Part shown: positions 62,647 through 64,000 of the stretch, one piece after another
How the letters are laid out: each line of letters begins with the position of its first letter
Numbering within the stretch: position 1 is the stretch's first letter
Assembly: GCA_963717515.1 (NCBI GenBank)
Contig: OY970338.1
Coordinates: forward strand, 1,172,861 to 1,236,860
Direction: 5' to 3'
DNA from: an uncultured Candidatus Woesearchaeota archaeon
GTDB taxonomy: Archaea; Nanobdellota; Nanobdellia; Woesearchaeales; DSVV01
Length of the DNA: 64,000 nucleotides
Position numbers and translations under genes: made by a program
Notes under the pieces: generated by a model
The model's input: only the letters and a program-made list of their open reading frames with translations
What the model was told of the DNA's origin: nothing
The model's database searches: none

Positions 62647-63102
62647 TTATTCTTCTTTTTTAATCTTCACAATCACTTCGCCACCTAGGCTCTTGATCTT
62701 CTCTATGGCTTTTTCTGTAGCGAAATCGCATGTTATCCTGTATTTTCTAGTGATGGCCCCTTTGCTCAGCAGCTTATGATACCCCAGGTCATGCAGGCTG
62801 ATTGTGTAAAATCCGCCTTCTGTCCTCATCAACCCTTTTTTGATGAGACTCTCAGCCCTGGATTCGATATAAAACATATTGACAGGCTTTGCTATGCCTC
62901 TGGGCACATGGGATGAGAAGCCATGCCTGCCGAAGTATTTCTTGTTTTTCCATATTGAAGGCTTCTTGCAGTCACCTCTCTTGCCTGAGCCAGCTGCCCC
63001 TCTTCCGCCCCTATTGCCTGCGCCCCTTCTCTTCTTCATGGAACCGCAGCCATGCGTCTTGGATCCCCTCTGCCTGACATTCTTCTTCTGTTTATAGCGC
63101 AT
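62647..63102 (-). CDS. rpl15: Ribosomal protein uL15
   Basis: The G/R-rich N-terminus RGSKTHGCGSMKKRRGAGNRGGRGAAGSGKR and its position between uL30 and SecY. Confidence 0.9.
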   Translation of the reverse strand: MRYKQKKNVRQRGSKTHGCGSMKKRRGAGNRGGRGAAGSGKRGDCKKPSIWKNKKYFGRHGFSSHVPRGIAKPVNMFYIESRAESLIKKGLMRTEGGFYTISLHDLGYHKLLSKGAITRKYRITCDFATEKAIEKIKSLGGEVIVKIKKEE

Positions 63103-63103
63103 A

Positions 63104-63481
63104 TTAAATCATCCTCAGTATAAGGTCTTTGATCTTTGCTCCCCTATAGCCAAGCGCCCCACCTTCTTTGTATGCTTTCTTGATGCCTTTCTTCTCAAAA
63201 CCACCCTTTGGTGGGCTTAGCCTGAAGAAGGACTTGACTTTCTTCTTATCATCCGGATGGGGCTCTCCTCTCTTCTCAAGAAGCATCTTCACTGTATCAT
63301 CATCAATCTCTCCCCAGGCAACGTAATCCTTGACTTTCCTCAGCATCCCTGTTACAGAGGGGGTCTTTTCATACACAACGCAGTAGTTCTGCCTGTAAAG
63401 CCTGAGCATGTCAAGTGTATCATTTATCTTATCAGATACCCTGATTCCGCCCCTGATCCTCACTATCGCTATCTTTGTCAT
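63104..63481 (-). CDS. rpl30: Ribosomal protein uL30
   Basis: IAIVRIRGGIRVSDKINDTLDMLRL. Confidence 0.88.
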   Translation of the reverse strand: MTKIAIVRIRGGIRVSDKINDTLDMLRLYRQNYCVVYEKTPSVTGMLRKVKDYVAWGEIDDDTVKMLLEKRGEPHPDDKKKVKSFFRLSPPKGGFEKKGIKKAYKEGGALGYRGAKIKDLILRMI

Positions 63482-63482
63482 T

Positions 63483-64000
63483 CTAGTTTTCCGCTCTCCC
63501 TTCTTTTATGCTTAGTGCCTTGATATGCACTGGCAGGACCTTTGTCGCTGAAAGGTTCTCGAGAGCCTTTATGCATGCCTTTATGAGGTTGAGCTTGGTC
63601 TTTGTGTGACCGAGGCTCTTTGACCATACATCTTTTATGCCTGCAAGCTTGAGTATCTTCTGGCATTCAGGCTCGACGCATAGCCCAGTCCCTTTAGGTG
63701 CAGGTATCAGGGTCAGCTCGACCGAGCTTACCTTGCCCTTGACCTTGAACGGGATGCTATGATGCTGGCCACAGCTACATTCCCATGAACCGCAACCCCG
63801 CCTGATTTTCATCATATTTATTTTTGCTTTCCTGAATGCCTTTTCCCTGGCAGGCACTGTCTCTTTAGCCTTTCCATAACCATAACCAAAATACCCGTCC
63901 ATGTTCCCATGCACGGCGAATGTCGCAAATTTCGGCTTGTTGCCCTCTTTTGTCTTCTTCTGGGTCTGCTTGAATATCCTTCTCTGGCCACCGCCGAATT
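63483..64000 (-). CDS. rps5: Ribosomal protein uS5, with its 5' end beyond the window
   Basis: The reading frame stays open to nt 64000 (..FGGGQRRIFKQTQKKTKEGNKPKFATFAVHGNMDGYFGYGYGKAKE..), so the ORF-track GTG at 63914 is internal. The C-terminal S5 domain is present. Confidence 0.88.
   Translation of the reverse strand, partial: FGGGQRRIFKQTQKKTKEGNKPKFATFAVHGNMDGYFGYGYGKAKETVPAREKAFRKAKINMMKIRRGCGSWECSCGQHHSIPFKVKGKVSSVELTLIPAPKGTGLCVEPECQKILKLAGIKDVWSKSLGHTKTKLNLIKACIKALENLSATKVLPVHIKALSIKEGRAEN

Overview
Archaeal chromosomal window. The evidence is A/T-rich TATA boxes about 25-35 nt upstream of first-gene start codons, ribosomal proteins eL14 and eL34, archaeal-type PheRS alpha/beta, and an S5-L30-L15-SecY cluster. 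No similarity search could be run, so all product calls rest on motifs read from the supplied translations. The window has three blocks. (1) nt 1-23.8 kb is a cell-surface block. It holds a same-strand array of eight large modular secreted proteins with beta-helix or jelly-roll cores plus CBM9-like, DNRLRE/CBM96-like, LamG-like, TSP1-like and Cys-rich minimodules. All eight end in the same ~46-aa Cys-bracketed EF-hand/dockerin-like 'double WKSG' tail. The array is interrupted by an MNT/HEPN toxin-antitoxin pair and a gene remnant, and is followed by a Cys-rich lipoprotein and a lamin-tail-domain protein. Members 2-8 (about 1.86-20.6 kb) are visibly more A/T-rich than the rest of the window. 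They are stitched together by 100%-identical junction repeats (916 bp and 322 bp) and shorter exact patches, which indicates ongoing gene conversion or cassette shuffling. (2) nt 23.8-43.5 kb is housekeeping: agmatinase, a metal ABC importer, YjbQ, and a complete de novo pyrimidine super-operon (carA-mazG-like-carB-pyrB-pyrI-pyrD-pyrK-pyrC-pyrE-LOG-like-pyrF). A convergent PyrR-like gene, a K+-dependent-type membrane pyrophosphatase, a HAD hydrolase and a methyltransferase follow. (3) nt 43.5-64 kb contains a Tat-exported SLT-like protein plus an SLT-LysM protein, which are murein-lytic folds in an archaeon. It also contains ADP-forming acetyl-CoA synthetase, TrmB, and a conserved but uncharacterised metal/cofactor-handling cluster (DUF134, tandem NifX-like, AhpD-like, two MinD-ferredoxin ATPases, a CDF::NifX fusion) with a perfect 20-bp operator-like palindrome. 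The block ends with pheS-yip1-LUD-pheT and the tail of the ribosomal spc-like cluster. No rRNA, tRNA, CRISPR array, transposase or integrase was recognised.
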